A DNA stretch of 64,000 nucleotides from Klebsormidium nitens (taxonomy: Eukaryota; Plantae; Klebsormidiophyceae). The position numbers and the translations under genes were made by a program. The notes under the pieces are model-generated. The model did not search any database and was not told where the DNA came from. It was given only the letters and a program-made list of their open reading frames with translations. Location of the stretch: positions 1 to 64,000 of the forward strand of contig DF237036.1 of assembly GCA_000708835.1 (NCBI GenBank), written 5' to 3'. This document shows, one piece after another, positions 48,499 through 60,800 of this stretch. Each line of letters starts with the position of its first letter. Position 1 is the stretch's first letter.

Positions 48499-51400
48499 AT
48501 GGACGAGTACGCATGGATCAGCCTGCTGGCTGGGTTCATGGCTGGGATTTGCGAGGTCATTGTTGGTCAGTAAACCCACAGCTTTCCTACATTAACAGCT
48601 TAGGCTGAATCAATTGGATGATGCAACTTCCGGCTTAAGGGCATTGTTTGGCAGCTCACTGGAGCGAATCAGCTTGCAGTTAGCCCTTCCGGAGCTGCGA
48701 ACGGTTTCTTGGCAGCTTGGCTTCACATAGACACCCTTGCATTTGCACCTTCAAAGCCAGCTCGCTGAGTTCCAGGTGTGCTTCAGAATGCTCCAAATCC
48801 TGGATTTGAAGCAGAGCTGACGCCAGATGGTTCATGACATTCACAATTAAGGCATCTGGCTAAACGATGCAAAGGTGGCAGCCAGATCTTCAGATTTGAC
48901 TGTGCTATCTAAGAAGCAGAGCTCCAGCGTTTGTGTGATCCAATGGGAATGTGGAAGTCAAGAGAGGCTCAAGTTGGCAGAAAACCCTTTGTACTTTTTC
49001 AATGCGAGTTGCTCAAAAGAGAGCAGACCTGAACAGAAGCCCGTCGTAAAGAACCAGAGCTTGGCTTGCACAGCATTTATTGGCAGCTCTAATACTCTCC
49101 TTTGCTGAGTGTTTTGGAAGCGACTGTTACCACACCCCATTTGTCATTGGAGGACCTGTTGTATCAAGTTGGTCAGTTGGTCAATGTAACCAGCTGTTCC
49201 TTATCGAACTTTGGAGTGGACATCTGTCAACAGCTTTCCATTCAGCTGAGTCTCAGAAGGACTTGCAGAGGCGGATTGTCTTTCTGAAGAAAGAACAATG
49301 CATGCTCAGCAGCTGATGCCAAACAGTCATCAGCTGCCTCCTTGCAAATGTAGGTCCCATCAGATCTGAAAAGCGCAAGCAAACAGTGTTCCTGGTGTGG
49401 CACAGTTTGTCAAACTTGATGCACTTTTCTCAGATGGCAGAACAGCGTTTGACCATGAGGCTGCCCAACGAAGAACCAAACCAAAACGCAGGCGGCACGG
49501 GATTTGCGCTCATTGAGCGCGGCCTTCTTTCCCTGCCTCGGCCTCTCTTCTTCATCATCAAATTGGCCTCGGAAATCACTGATGCTCTACTTGTTGAACC
49601 ACGAGTGGGCAACTCAACATTTATTGTCTCGGTCGCATTCATCAGCCATAGCAAAGTATGAGTACCTTGTGCAGGTTTCCCGTTTGACACCATCAAGACC
49701 AGGATGCAAGTCTCGCCAAAAGGTGGGGACGGGGGGCCCTCCTACAGAGGCCCCTGGCACTGTATAATCACCACATTACGAATGGAGGGGGTATCTGGGT
49801 TCTACAGGGGCATCGTGCCGCCGTTGGTTCAGGTACGTGTGTCAACCACGTAACAAACATCTGACGGTTTGTTTTCCGTGATCGATCTGGATTCCACAGC
49901 TAGTAACGGGCAGACTTTGCTAGAATCAGGCCGCCCTTAGCTCCTGGCTAGACAGGCTTTGGATCAGTCAAAACGGAGCAACTCGCGTTTCTGGACAAGT
50001 TGCAAACAAAGTCAGGGCAGGAATTTTCGAAAAGGACTCTTGGAAAGCTCAAACCTGTTCCTCGGAATGAGCCGATTCCTTTGGACCACTTTCTGATCTT
50101 GAGGACCGGTTGTGAAACATGCGAGACCTTGTCCTCCAATTTCGAGAGCGGACGACTCCGATTCGGCTTCAATTGGGCAATGGTCTGCGGAGAGGCATCC
50201 CATGTCAGCCAAAGCATCGAACTGGCTGGCTGCAGCTCGTTTCAGAATTCCGAAAGGCCTTTGCAAAATTGAACATCAATTGAATTCGAAATCACGGAAC
50301 TTGCGTCTTGGCGTTGTGGGGAGCCGTGAAATTGGCCCTATCTACGCCAAGGGAAAGATACCGACGTGTAAAACATTCATCTTTCCGCTTAACAAAGTGG
50401 TCGTGGTCGCACACCCCTTTGGTCAAGCTTATCCTAAACGCCTCGGCCCTTTGCAGCTAAACAGTCGTTTCCATGATCCTCCTGAGCGTCCAGCCCTGGA
50501 CAATTGTCCATGAATACTCACGCTGACGTCAGCGAAGGGTCGGTACTATTGCTGACGTCAGCAACAATTCGTTCCCCAGGAGGCGTTCGGTGTGGCCCTC
50601 CTGTTCGGCGCACGCGACTGGCTGCGGGAGCACCTGGACGCCTCGCTCGCCAATCCGCCCGCTCTAGTTTTCTCGTGCTGCATCATCGGGCTCGCGGAGA
50701 GCGTGCTCTACTGCCCGCTCGACCTGCTGAAAGCCCGTATGCAAGTAAGGACATACCCCTTTCCTTCTTCCGAGCTCAATTGCTCGTCGACTCTGGATAA
50801 CGATGCCCGTGAGAGCTTCCATTTGCTCCACGGGTCAAAGGCGCTCCCTCTGGTTGTCAAGCCATCGTTGGCTTGGCGGAAAGCGTGGTCTTTCGCTCGC
50901 TCGACTTTCTAAAGGCACTGAAAGACGCGAACATTTCAGGGTTTTGTTGCTTCACTATTCAATGGAACGAGTGCTTTCATTACCACGCCGCTCTGGTTTT
51001 CCGTGCTGCATCGCCGGGCTCGAGGAGACTGTTCTCTGATGCCCTCACAATCTAGCTGCTGCAGGCACGCGTGCGGGTGACATGACGCTTTACTAAATTT
51101 GAATAGGAACATGGAAACTTTTGAGCTTCTAGAATTGAGGGCAGGCAAGGGAGCTGAAGTTCTGCTTTCGGCTTGTGAAGATTCCAGAATCTGAAAAGCT
51201 AGACGTCGTAATAAGGGGCAAATTGTCTGATCTCCACAGAATGTGTACTGATCACAGGTAAAGAGCGCTTTGAGTTCAGACGACAGCCACGTCGGACGCC
51301 TTGGCAGCCCGAGTCCGAAGCCGCCCAAGATTCCGGGCGCCCACCGGAAGCACTCCCACGCGGAACCGGACCCCGCCGGAATGATTCGGTGCGCTCAGGA

Positions 51401-53338
51401 AGTGATCAAGGCGCGGGGCTGGCGGGGGCTCTATTCAGGATACCCAATTCAGGTCAGCCGTTTTGGAGATTTTTGGGAGCTGTTAAGTTCAGACTATAGG
51501 TGGCGTTATGGACTCGAGTGGATTGCAAGGGCGGGTAGTTCCACGTTGAAGTCAGGTTGTTTGGACAGTGATAAAATGTGGCTTCCGAAGAAGAATAAGG
51601 CCTCTGTTTGGGTGGGTTTGAACGTGTTCGTCGCTTGGCGCTTTTTATGTAAGCCCCGCTTTGACGTTTCTCGTATCGGCAATCTGTTTGGTCGGAGCTC
51701 TCGACCTGAGTTTGAGGCATCCTGACGGCAAAGCACGGACTCCCTCGTCGATCTTTCCAGGTCGCGTTTGGATTTCTCTATGTGTCAACTTTCAGACACC
51801 GACCTATGCGGGTGAAGGCTCACGTGGATATGTAAGCAAGGCGTTCGTTTGGCTTGGAAGGAAAGGCTGTAAAGAAGCTGCGCCAACCTTCAGAATCATT
51901 TGCAGCCTTTTTTCGGTGACACTACCCGCCTTATCCGCCGGAGATACTTGCCCAGCCCTCCAGCTTCCTTAGGGATGATTCCCTGCTCGCGTCTCGACAA
52001 GCTGACAAAACCAGAGGCCCTTCCGCACCAAGCTCCTTCAATTGACTGACCGGTCCGTCTGCGCTTCACATGTGTCCAGGTGGCGAAAGAAATGTTGGGC
52101 AACGTGGCGCTTTTCTGCACGTACGATCTCGTGCTGTCCATCTGCGGAGGCGCCGATCCGAACGGGCCGGGGCACGGGCATCCCACGGGACAAAGCTGGC
52201 TGGCGATCTGGCCTGCGGGAAGTCTAGCGGGAATGGCGTACTATCTGGTCAGCAACTCGTTATTTCATTTTAGCTTTCCTTCTTATACCGGGGCTAGTCA
52301 ACCGAGAGAAAAGGGGACGAACTAGCTGGCGGGAAGCCTAGCTGGAATTACTGGGTCTTCGTTTTCAGTGTTGAGAGAATTGAAGCGGGATAACACTGGC
52401 TTCTCATTCGGCCGGCGGGAAGCCTAACGGTGATGGTTGATGATATAGGAATCTGCAGTGAAGCTTTTGAGATTCTTTGTCCCTTTTTCTCCCTTCATAC
52501 GTTAAGCTAGTATCAATCCACGTGGCGGGTTTTTCGCTGATCTTAATCAGATTCGTCATCATACAGTCAATAAAATGCGGGCCCTTCAGCAAGCCGTGAC
52601 AATTTTCAAAGCCGTACGACTTGCGCACGTCCAAACGGAAAATCAGCGAGGGTCGATGTTTTTAAAGCATGTTTCGGGGGTCGCTGCGGATGATGCCACA
52701 AAATTGTCCTCGTCGCTCTGCTTCGTCTTTTCGGAGCTTCTCATTGAAGAGTACGGCGACAATCGGTTCAGTCTAACGCTCGCTCCTTTGGTAAGAATGT
52801 AGAAATCTCATTTGCGACCGATGAATCTGCCGTTCACTCTCTGCGACTCCCTCCACCCTTCACATGATCAGTATACGCGCTCCATCTTAATCTCTGTTCC
52901 TTCGTTCCTTGCTCTTTGACCGCAAACATTTCGTGCTACTGGCAATCAATGAAGAATCCTTCGTCCATTCCGCAGGTCAACTTTCCGCTGGACACGATCA
53001 AGACGCGCCTCCAAACGGACTCTCTCCACAACCCCAAGTACCGCAGCTCCGCCCACTGCGTGTGGAAGGTCACCCAGCAAGAGTGCACTTTCTTCGAGTT
53101 GTACCGGGGACTCTCGCTCTGCTTAGCGAGGGCTATACCGGGCAGTGCGGTGCAGTTCTTCGTGTTCGAGTCGTGTTTCCGGACCTTTTCCGAGCCCGGG
53201 TTGTTCTTAGCGAAGATTCAAAACTGGCCGTCGATGGCGGAGCTGATTCAGAGCGCGCCGGAACGGCCCATACCGCGGGCGTTGCAGCGGATAAACTCGA
53301 CGTTAGTACGGCAATCGTTAGGTACGTCACCGGGTTGA
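48499..53338 (+). CDS. Mitochondrial carrier family (SLC25) protein, carnitine/basic-amino-acid carrier-like
   Basis: Exons 48499-48565, 49675-49832, 50580-50744, 51258-51452, 52080-52247 and 52976-53338 are phase consistent. Three Px[DE]xx[KR] motifs: PFDTIKTRMQ, PLDLLKARMQ, PLDTIKTRLQ. Substrate class is inference. Confidence 0.92.
50855..51050 (+). repeat. Donor-side echoes of SLC25 exon 50580-50744
   Basis: Fragments read IVGLAESVVFRSLDFLKA and 'gccgctctggttttccgtgctgcatcgccgggctcgaggagac', versus live CIIGLAESVLYCPLDLLKA. Confidence 0.75.
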
Positions 53339-54871
53339 AGACGATGCAGGTTACTAGCTGATCTTTGTAGGAGGGATTCCAGGCGTATCACGCACGCGTA
53401 CGTTATAACGTTTCCGACTAACCTTGACTGACATCTAAGGTGGCTCGTACAGACGACTTTCTGCCTTCTAAAACTCAGTTGGAGGCCTCATTTTCCAGCG
53501 TCGTCAACGTCTTTGTCTTCAGTTCTTACTCTGAGCTCCGACTGATCGACCGTCAGCCGGGCTGGACCTCCCGGGGGGACCAACAAATGTCAGTCCAACA
53601 ATCATGCAGCGCCAGTGGACCATGATGCAATAATGTCAACCAGTAGCTAGCGGGCCCAGCTTGAAATCTCGCAACATGAGGAACACTGCAGGGATCCAAA
53701 GAAAGTGGTCTTGGCTCCCGGTGACTGCATGTCTATCCGGGGCAGCCGATCAAATCATCATTCAAGCATGTACGTCTCAAGGGATTGCATAGTCGAAATC
53801 TGTACGTACACTCGAATCGATATCGATGCATCTTATTCATTAGCCTACTAAGGCACCAGCTGCGTGGCGCGGCCCGGCCGGGCTCATGAGTGCAGTTTGG
53901 CCGCTGGCCGGGCCCCGTAGTCAATCAGGCGGGGGACGATTGCTAAATTGCCGATCAACAATCAGCTCATCTTTGCTCTATGAACTGAGAAAAGAAACCG
54001 TACGTCCTAAGCCAGTCGCTGCTTCAACGGTGGCACTCCCGGCCAAGATGCATGCATGGAGAAGTACTAGTATGGCATGTCCTGCATGGCGCCGCCATAC
54101 CCGCGCGGCCGCGGGCGCGGGCGCAGAAAGGCCCCCGACCGCTGCGCGAGATCGGTCCTTTTGCAAAACTTGCTAGATTGAATTGGATTTGGTCGGATCG
54201 TTGATGCTAAAGCATGATGATCGATTGCTTGGTTGAGTGAACATGTCGAATCGTAAGATTGTTAACCTCGATTGAGGCCGGTCCCGGCAAATGCACACTG
54301 AGTGACATACGTTGGGACAGTCACTGCACTGTATGATCAGAATGTTCAGCCTCTGAATTGAGCTCGCCATGGTGCAACTTGCTTGGCAAGCTGCCCCGGG
54401 CGTGCGGTATGCAGCGCTCTCACTAATGATTGCCGCACTGCGCGATGACCGCCGTGGAAGTACGAGCTTCCTGTCAGAAGCACATTGAAAGACGAGGCCG
54501 GAAGTTGCAGAAAGACCTGAGTCAGTTACGTACTGAGTGACTTGCATGCTCGCATACAATATGTGTGGGGCGGCCGCATGCATGGCCCGCCAACTCAAGC
54601 ACTAGTCCAACATCCGGTATAGCTAGCTTAACTATACGATCTTACGGTCGCCGCGGCAGACAAGAACAGAGAAAGGATTCATTTTCAACAACTTGGCAAC
54701 GGCGCTTTGCTTCCGGCACGGACGACTTTGAAGTTCCGACCTCCAACAAGCAGGATTACACTGGCCCGGCCGGCGCGGACGTAATTGCGAGCATGCAAGC
54801 AACCGGACCCCTTGTCATGTGCAATCGTAACGATATCGGGCGAATTGAGCGTAGTGCGATTCGCAGATGAA

Positions 54872-57800
54872 TTATATACTCCGGATGCCGTTTTCTTTCG
54901 CCCACTTCCGAACCACCTTGATGATGAACTCGACCTGCGCATCAAAAAGTCGATCATGGATCAGCTCAATCCAACCAGGAATCGCGGTGATCTGATCTCG
55001 CCACGGATAAGCCATACCGTCTTTTAGGCCCAACCCAGGTGACTCTCGAGGTGTCGAATGTCTGATGACACCGGCAGCTTGATAATACACGCAAGCCAGA
55101 GACCTGTTGTTTCAGTGATAGTACCGGCTCAATCGCGCTGCTTTGAAGCTTGTCTCGGAGTTTGCAAAACGTGTCCTGGTGTTTCTCGGCGCAACAGGAC
55201 CTCCCTCAACAATCCGACTGCTCACAGAATGCAACGAACTGCCGCGCGTCCAATCGTAAGATCCGAGACAACAGTCCTACATTCGAAGCTGCCCACCTGC
55301 CAGCTTCTATTATAAAAATTGCCAAACGTCCTTTGTTTCCTGTCCGGCTATGACCATCTGATTTACACCCGAAAGCATTCCGCCAGAAGGGTAGCAGCGG
55401 ATGACGGAACGGAGCGGCTTCCCGGATTTCTGGCGAAGTCAAGCGTCTAAAGTTTCACGCAAAAAGTCCTGAAATACTCCTCACGCTAAAACCCTTGGAA
55501 GAAGCTTGTCATCCGTGCCGGCGGAAAGAATGGACGGAACTTCTTGACGAGCCACTGAACTGCGGATTGGTCGTGTTGCGCAGCATCGAAAGAATGTCTC
55601 GCAAGAGGTGTTTCGATTACCGACCAGCGATGACCATCTAAACAGAACGTAAAAGCGACTCCAGCGGAAAACGAGCCGGACAAGCGGACGGAACCTTACC
55701 TGCGGATTGCTCGTGTTGCGCAGCATCGAAATGATGTCCCGCAGAAGGTCCTTGGATTCCCGTCCAGCGATGACCATTTGAAAGAGTCCAATGCACGCGC
55801 CGCGCTTGCCCTCCCAGTACTCCGGGTTCGGATCGAGCCGTTCTAAGACGTCGAACGCTTTTGCGGCGTACAGGAACTGGCCCAGCTTGTAGCAGTCGTT
55901 GGCGATCAACTGGAGGAGGCTGCGAAGAGGAACCGGGAACCACTAGTTTGCTGGTTCACCAAGTGGCCGAAGGTGGAGAAGAGTCAGCAAAAACTTTCTG
56001 GAATCTACCCGGGCTAAGACGTCGAAGGCCTTTGCAGCGTACAGGAATTGGCCCAGCTTGTAGCAGTCATTGGCAATCAAGTGGAGGAGGCTGCAGAGGG
56101 GAAATGGAAACTCATTAGTCTGCCGTTTTGAGTCCCGAGTGGTTCAATGTGGAAATCAAAAATCGGCAGATGATTTCGGGAATGTAGCCGTTCTAGGCGT
56201 CGAAGGCTTCTGCGGCTAATAGCAATTGGCGCAGCTTGTAACAGTCATTAGCAGTCAACTGCAGAAGGCTGCAAAGCAAAACGGGCTTGTTAAGCCGCTC
56301 CACGGAGTTAAGATGCGTATTGAAGCTGGTAGACGCAAATAGAGCCGTCCTCAGAACGTCAAACGCTTTCGCTAAGTCGGCTTGTTTAGAGCAGTCGTTA
56401 GCAATCACTCGATGAAGGCTGCATGCGACGAGGACTCTGATACGACAAGTTGCAAAGTCAAGACCGAAGTGCTGCTTATCCAATCTGTCTTTCCGAATAT
56501 CCACTGATTCAGATCAAAGACGTTGTTACTCAGTTACTGTGTAGCCAGGTGGAACAAAGCCGGCGAAAAGACTGGAGGCGCTGCAAAATTAAAATCCGTA
56601 AGTAGACTCCGTGCACTTTGTGACGTGTAAGACGCGGGGAGCTTGGAAGAGCGGATAAGGAATGGCTACTCCCAATATAAACGACTCGTTCGAAGTGATG
56701 AGACTTCAAACCACGCTAGTCCCGGCCTTTATGACGCCGCCTAACTCAGATGCCTTTAACTTGACTCTCCAAAACTTTCCTGATTGAGTTTTGACGTTTT
56801 CGATCCCGTCCTCACCTGAACAACTCGTCTAGAGTATCCATTTCAGACATGGCTTCCACGCCTGTCCCGGCCAGTTCAGCATGTTTTTCAACGCCGCGGC
56901 AATGCCAATTCTCATCAGTGATTCTTGATATGAGAATCTCAAACTTTTCCAACTCATTTCTCAGCTGAAGGACTTGTCTGAGGTATCCAGTTTCAGGTAC
57001 TACTTCCACGCCAGTCCCGGCTTGTTCAGTATATTGAAGCATCGCGCGATCAAGCCATCTCCATCCACGGATAAAAGCCCTGCCAAAAGCAAACAAGTGC
57101 CAGATGTCCTCGAAATTGATCCTTACCTGAAGGACTCGTCCTGAGTGTCCATTTTCAGATACTGCTCTCACAACAGACCAGCATATTCAGCATAGCTTTC
57201 AACCCGCAACAATCCATCTCAGCTTTTGTTGATTCAAACACCCTTATTTTTTCTGAAAGCATCAAACGCTCACCTAAACGATTCGTCGGAAGTGTCCATC
57301 TTTAGGTATTGCTCCCAGGCCAGCCCCGGCTTGTTCAGCATGATGAAGCACCGGGCGAGCCACGCTAAGTAAGTAGGCTCCGTTCGGTACTGGTCGCTCC
57401 GGATCTGGAGGAACGACTCCTCCGCTTCTTTGTGGTCGCCGGTTGCGGCCTTTGCGACGCCGTAGTTCCAGGCGAAGTCGTCATCGTTGAGGTAGTAGCT
57501 TTTGATGGACTGCAAGGGGTATAAAAAACGTCAGGTTGCGAGAATCTAGTTCACATCCAGAAATGACTGGTATCGTCAGTTTGCTCCGCTTTGGTCGCCC
57601 GTCGCGGCTTTAGTGAAGCCGTATTTCCAGGCGAAGTCGTCATCATTGAGGTAGTAGCTTTTATGGACTGCAGAGAAGGAAAGAGGGCTGGTCTCTGCTG
57701 ATGAATTTGGAAAGGCCGGCTTACTAATGGTCATTCAGGATTCGAAAAAGCGACTCCTCCGCTTCTTTGTGATCGCCGGTTGCGGCTTTTGCAATACCTT

Positions 57801-60800
57801 AGTTCCAGGCGAAGTCGTTATCATTGAGGTAGTAGCTTTTGAAAGACTGCAAAAAGCGAAAAGAAGCTCCTTTCTTGGAGTCAGGACTCAAGGGTTTCTA
57901 TTATTTTCGAGTCCGCTTTCTTGTGATCGCTGTCGCGGCTTTTGCGATGCCGTAGTTCCAGGCGAAGTCGGCATCGTTTAAATAGTAGCTCTTGATGGAC
58001 TGCAGAGCAATAAAAAGAAATCCATATTCTCGGGCAATTAAGTTGAAGGAAGTTAGGTACGACGTAATTGGTCGCTCCGGATTTTGGGGAGCGACTCCTC
58101 CGCTTATTTGTGGTCGCCCGTCGCGGCTTTTTCAATGCCATAGTTCCAGGCGAGATACCATCATTGAGGTAGTAGCTTTCTATGGACTGCAGAGACCGAA
58201 GAAGAGATGATCAGACTTGAGGGAATCAGGAGGTCATCTTCTTATGCATCTGAAGGAGCAATTCTTCCGCTTCTTTGCGGTCGCTGTTTGCGGCTTTGCG
58301 ACGCCGTAGTTCCAGGCGAAGTTGTTGTCGTTCAAGTACTAGCTTTGTCAGGGCTGTGACGGAAGCGACGCATTAGTCCCCGAAAATCTGGTCTGATTCT
58401 CGAAAATAGCGTTTTCGGGGTCCTTTGTGATCGGCCCTCGCTGCCTTGACACGGTATCGAAGCGTCTCAAGAATGCCAAACTGCATTGCTTAAAAGGTCA
58501 TTTTATGAAAAGCTCTTGCAATCTCAGGTGCGATCAAGTGGTGCGATATGAATGATTGAGAAAGCTAGATTACCGTGACGTCAAGCGCCACCGCTTTCAC
58601 TGTCAAGCAGCCAAAAATACGGGCGACTGTCCAAAAAGCTCGAAACTTTGATGGCTCAGATCCTTCGCAGGCCATATCGAAACCAAAACACGGCAGCAGA
58701 CAAACAACCACGACTGTAACGCTAAGCGCTCTCCGTCAGAGGCATCCCAGACTACTTCGATCAGCTTTTGACGGAGACACGTGCTGACGTACCTTGAGGT
58801 AGATGATGACGTCATCGAACTGCTTGAGGAGGAAGAAGCAGCTGGCCATGCACTGCCGCCCGGGTATCGTGTCGCACTCGCTCGCGGACGCCCCCACCTG
58901 ACGAGAGCGTGACGTCAGCTCCTCTATCGTGGTCACTTGCAAACCTCCATATTTGAAAACGTTTTCTCGCTGGAAGCATTAGGAAGCACCTTGCACGGGG
59001 ACCCTTCCACAAGAGCGTGGCTCGGGCGTCCCCTTTCTGCCAGATGCACAGATTTTCGTTGACCTCCATGTGCTTGCTGCAATCAGCTATTTGCCCCACG
59101 AAAAGACGCCACGCCCTTTGCGACTGCTAAAGGTCTTATCTTCATTAGCGACAGCACAATAAAAACCCCAAGCCTTGAGAAAGTGACACTCCGCAAAAGA
59201 ACGGAAAAATTCTTACCAGCTGAAAGTACTGTTGAGCAATCTTCAGATGCTCGCTGTGGTCCGTCATCTGCCCGTAACACGTGTGCACGATGCCCTTGAG
59301 AATGTACTCCGGAGGCGTGGACGGCTCTAGGTCTTTGATCAGGTTGAACGCCTCAGTGGTCTCGCGGTTGCGCAGGTAGTAGATAACTAGGTTGAGGCGG
59401 GCTTCTTGCGGCATGTCGAGCATGGTCGGAAGGACCTGTGCACAAGAAAGACGGCCATGTTTTTGTGCGTTCGAAACTTTCGAGAGACGGGTTTGAGAAA
59501 AGCGTAGTGTCTTGAAACAGTGTCTGCGTTCGCGGAGTTGCACAGGTAGTTGATAACTAGGTTGAGGCGGGCTTGAACCTGTGCACAGAAAAGACGGCCG
59601 TTTCTTTGTGCGTTCTAGTTTTTCTAGAAACTGGTTTCAGGAAAGCTCTTGTCTTTAAATNNNNNNNNNNNNNNNNNNNNNNNNNNNNNNNNNNNNNNNN
59701 NNNNNNNNNNNNNNNNNNNNNNNNNNNNNNNNNNNNNNNNNNNNNNNNNNNNNNNNNNNNNNNNNNNNNNNNNNNNNNNNNNNNNNNNNNNNNNNNNNNN
59801 NNNNNNNNNNNNNNNNNNNNNNNNNNNNNNNNNNNNNNNNNNNNNNNNNNNNNNNNNNNNNNNNNNNNNNNNNNNNNNNNNNNNNNNNNNNNNNNNNNNN
59901 NNNNNNNNNNNNNNNNNNNNNNNNNNNNNNNNNNNNNNNNNNNNNNNNNNNNNNNNNNNNNNNNNNNNNNNNNNNNNNNNNNNNNNNNNNNNNNNNNNNN
60001 NNNNNNNNNNNNNCTTGTGGCATGTCGAAAATGGTTAGAAGGACCTGTGCAAAGGAAAGACGGCCGTTTTCTTTGCGTTTCTGGTCTTTCTAGAGACTGG
60101 TTCGAGGAAAGCTTGTGTCTTGGGAAGAGGGCGTCTGCGATTTCGAGGTTGCACAGGTACTAAACAACTCGGTTGAGGCGGGCTTCTTGCGGCATATCGA
60201 GCATGGTCGGAAGAACCTGGCCGGGGGGGACGGTAGATTTAATTGCAGCTTTTGAACTTTTGTTGACGAAAATTCGGGCGGATGGGCGTTGGAGGCTCAG
60301 AAATCTGGTTAGAAGATGACTTAAAGGAAGGCGCGCTTCTTGCGGCCGGTCGAGCATCGTCAGAAGGACCTAGAAAGGAGAATCGTGACGGTTTCTTTGC
60401 CTTTCCGGTCGGTTGTGTAAGACTAAATTCTGAGAAGCTTCTTTTGTAAGATTGGAACTACCATGATATCTCGCGGGTGCGTACGTTGAGAGTATGCAAG
60501 TAGAGGCGCGCTTCTTGATATGAGTCCAGCATGGTCAGACTGACCTTGAGACGAAAACGACGGCCGGCTCTTTGCGCGGATGTATTCTCATGATCTACAG
60601 CGCCCCGTGTTCCATACTGGACCCGCCTAAGCAGAAGCAATTACATTGCATGAATAGTAAGCTTTAGGAATTCGAATCTACCAGCCTGGGACGGGTAGGG
60701 TTACTTTGGGGGCTTTAGGGTGGGTACGGGTGAGGAGCCGGTGAGTTTTGTAGGTTAATGTTTGGTTTGGGCTTACCTTTCTTGAATCTTCCTATTCCTA

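Noticed and set aside
54785-55027. Plus-strand 80-aa ORF
   Set aside because: It is the antisense shadow of the IFT56 last exon (54934-54872).
59573-60163. ORFs spanning 59573-60163
   Set aside because: Artefacts of the N gap.
60700-60730. Interstitial telomere
   Set aside because: Only a single TTTAGGG unit, not a tandem array.
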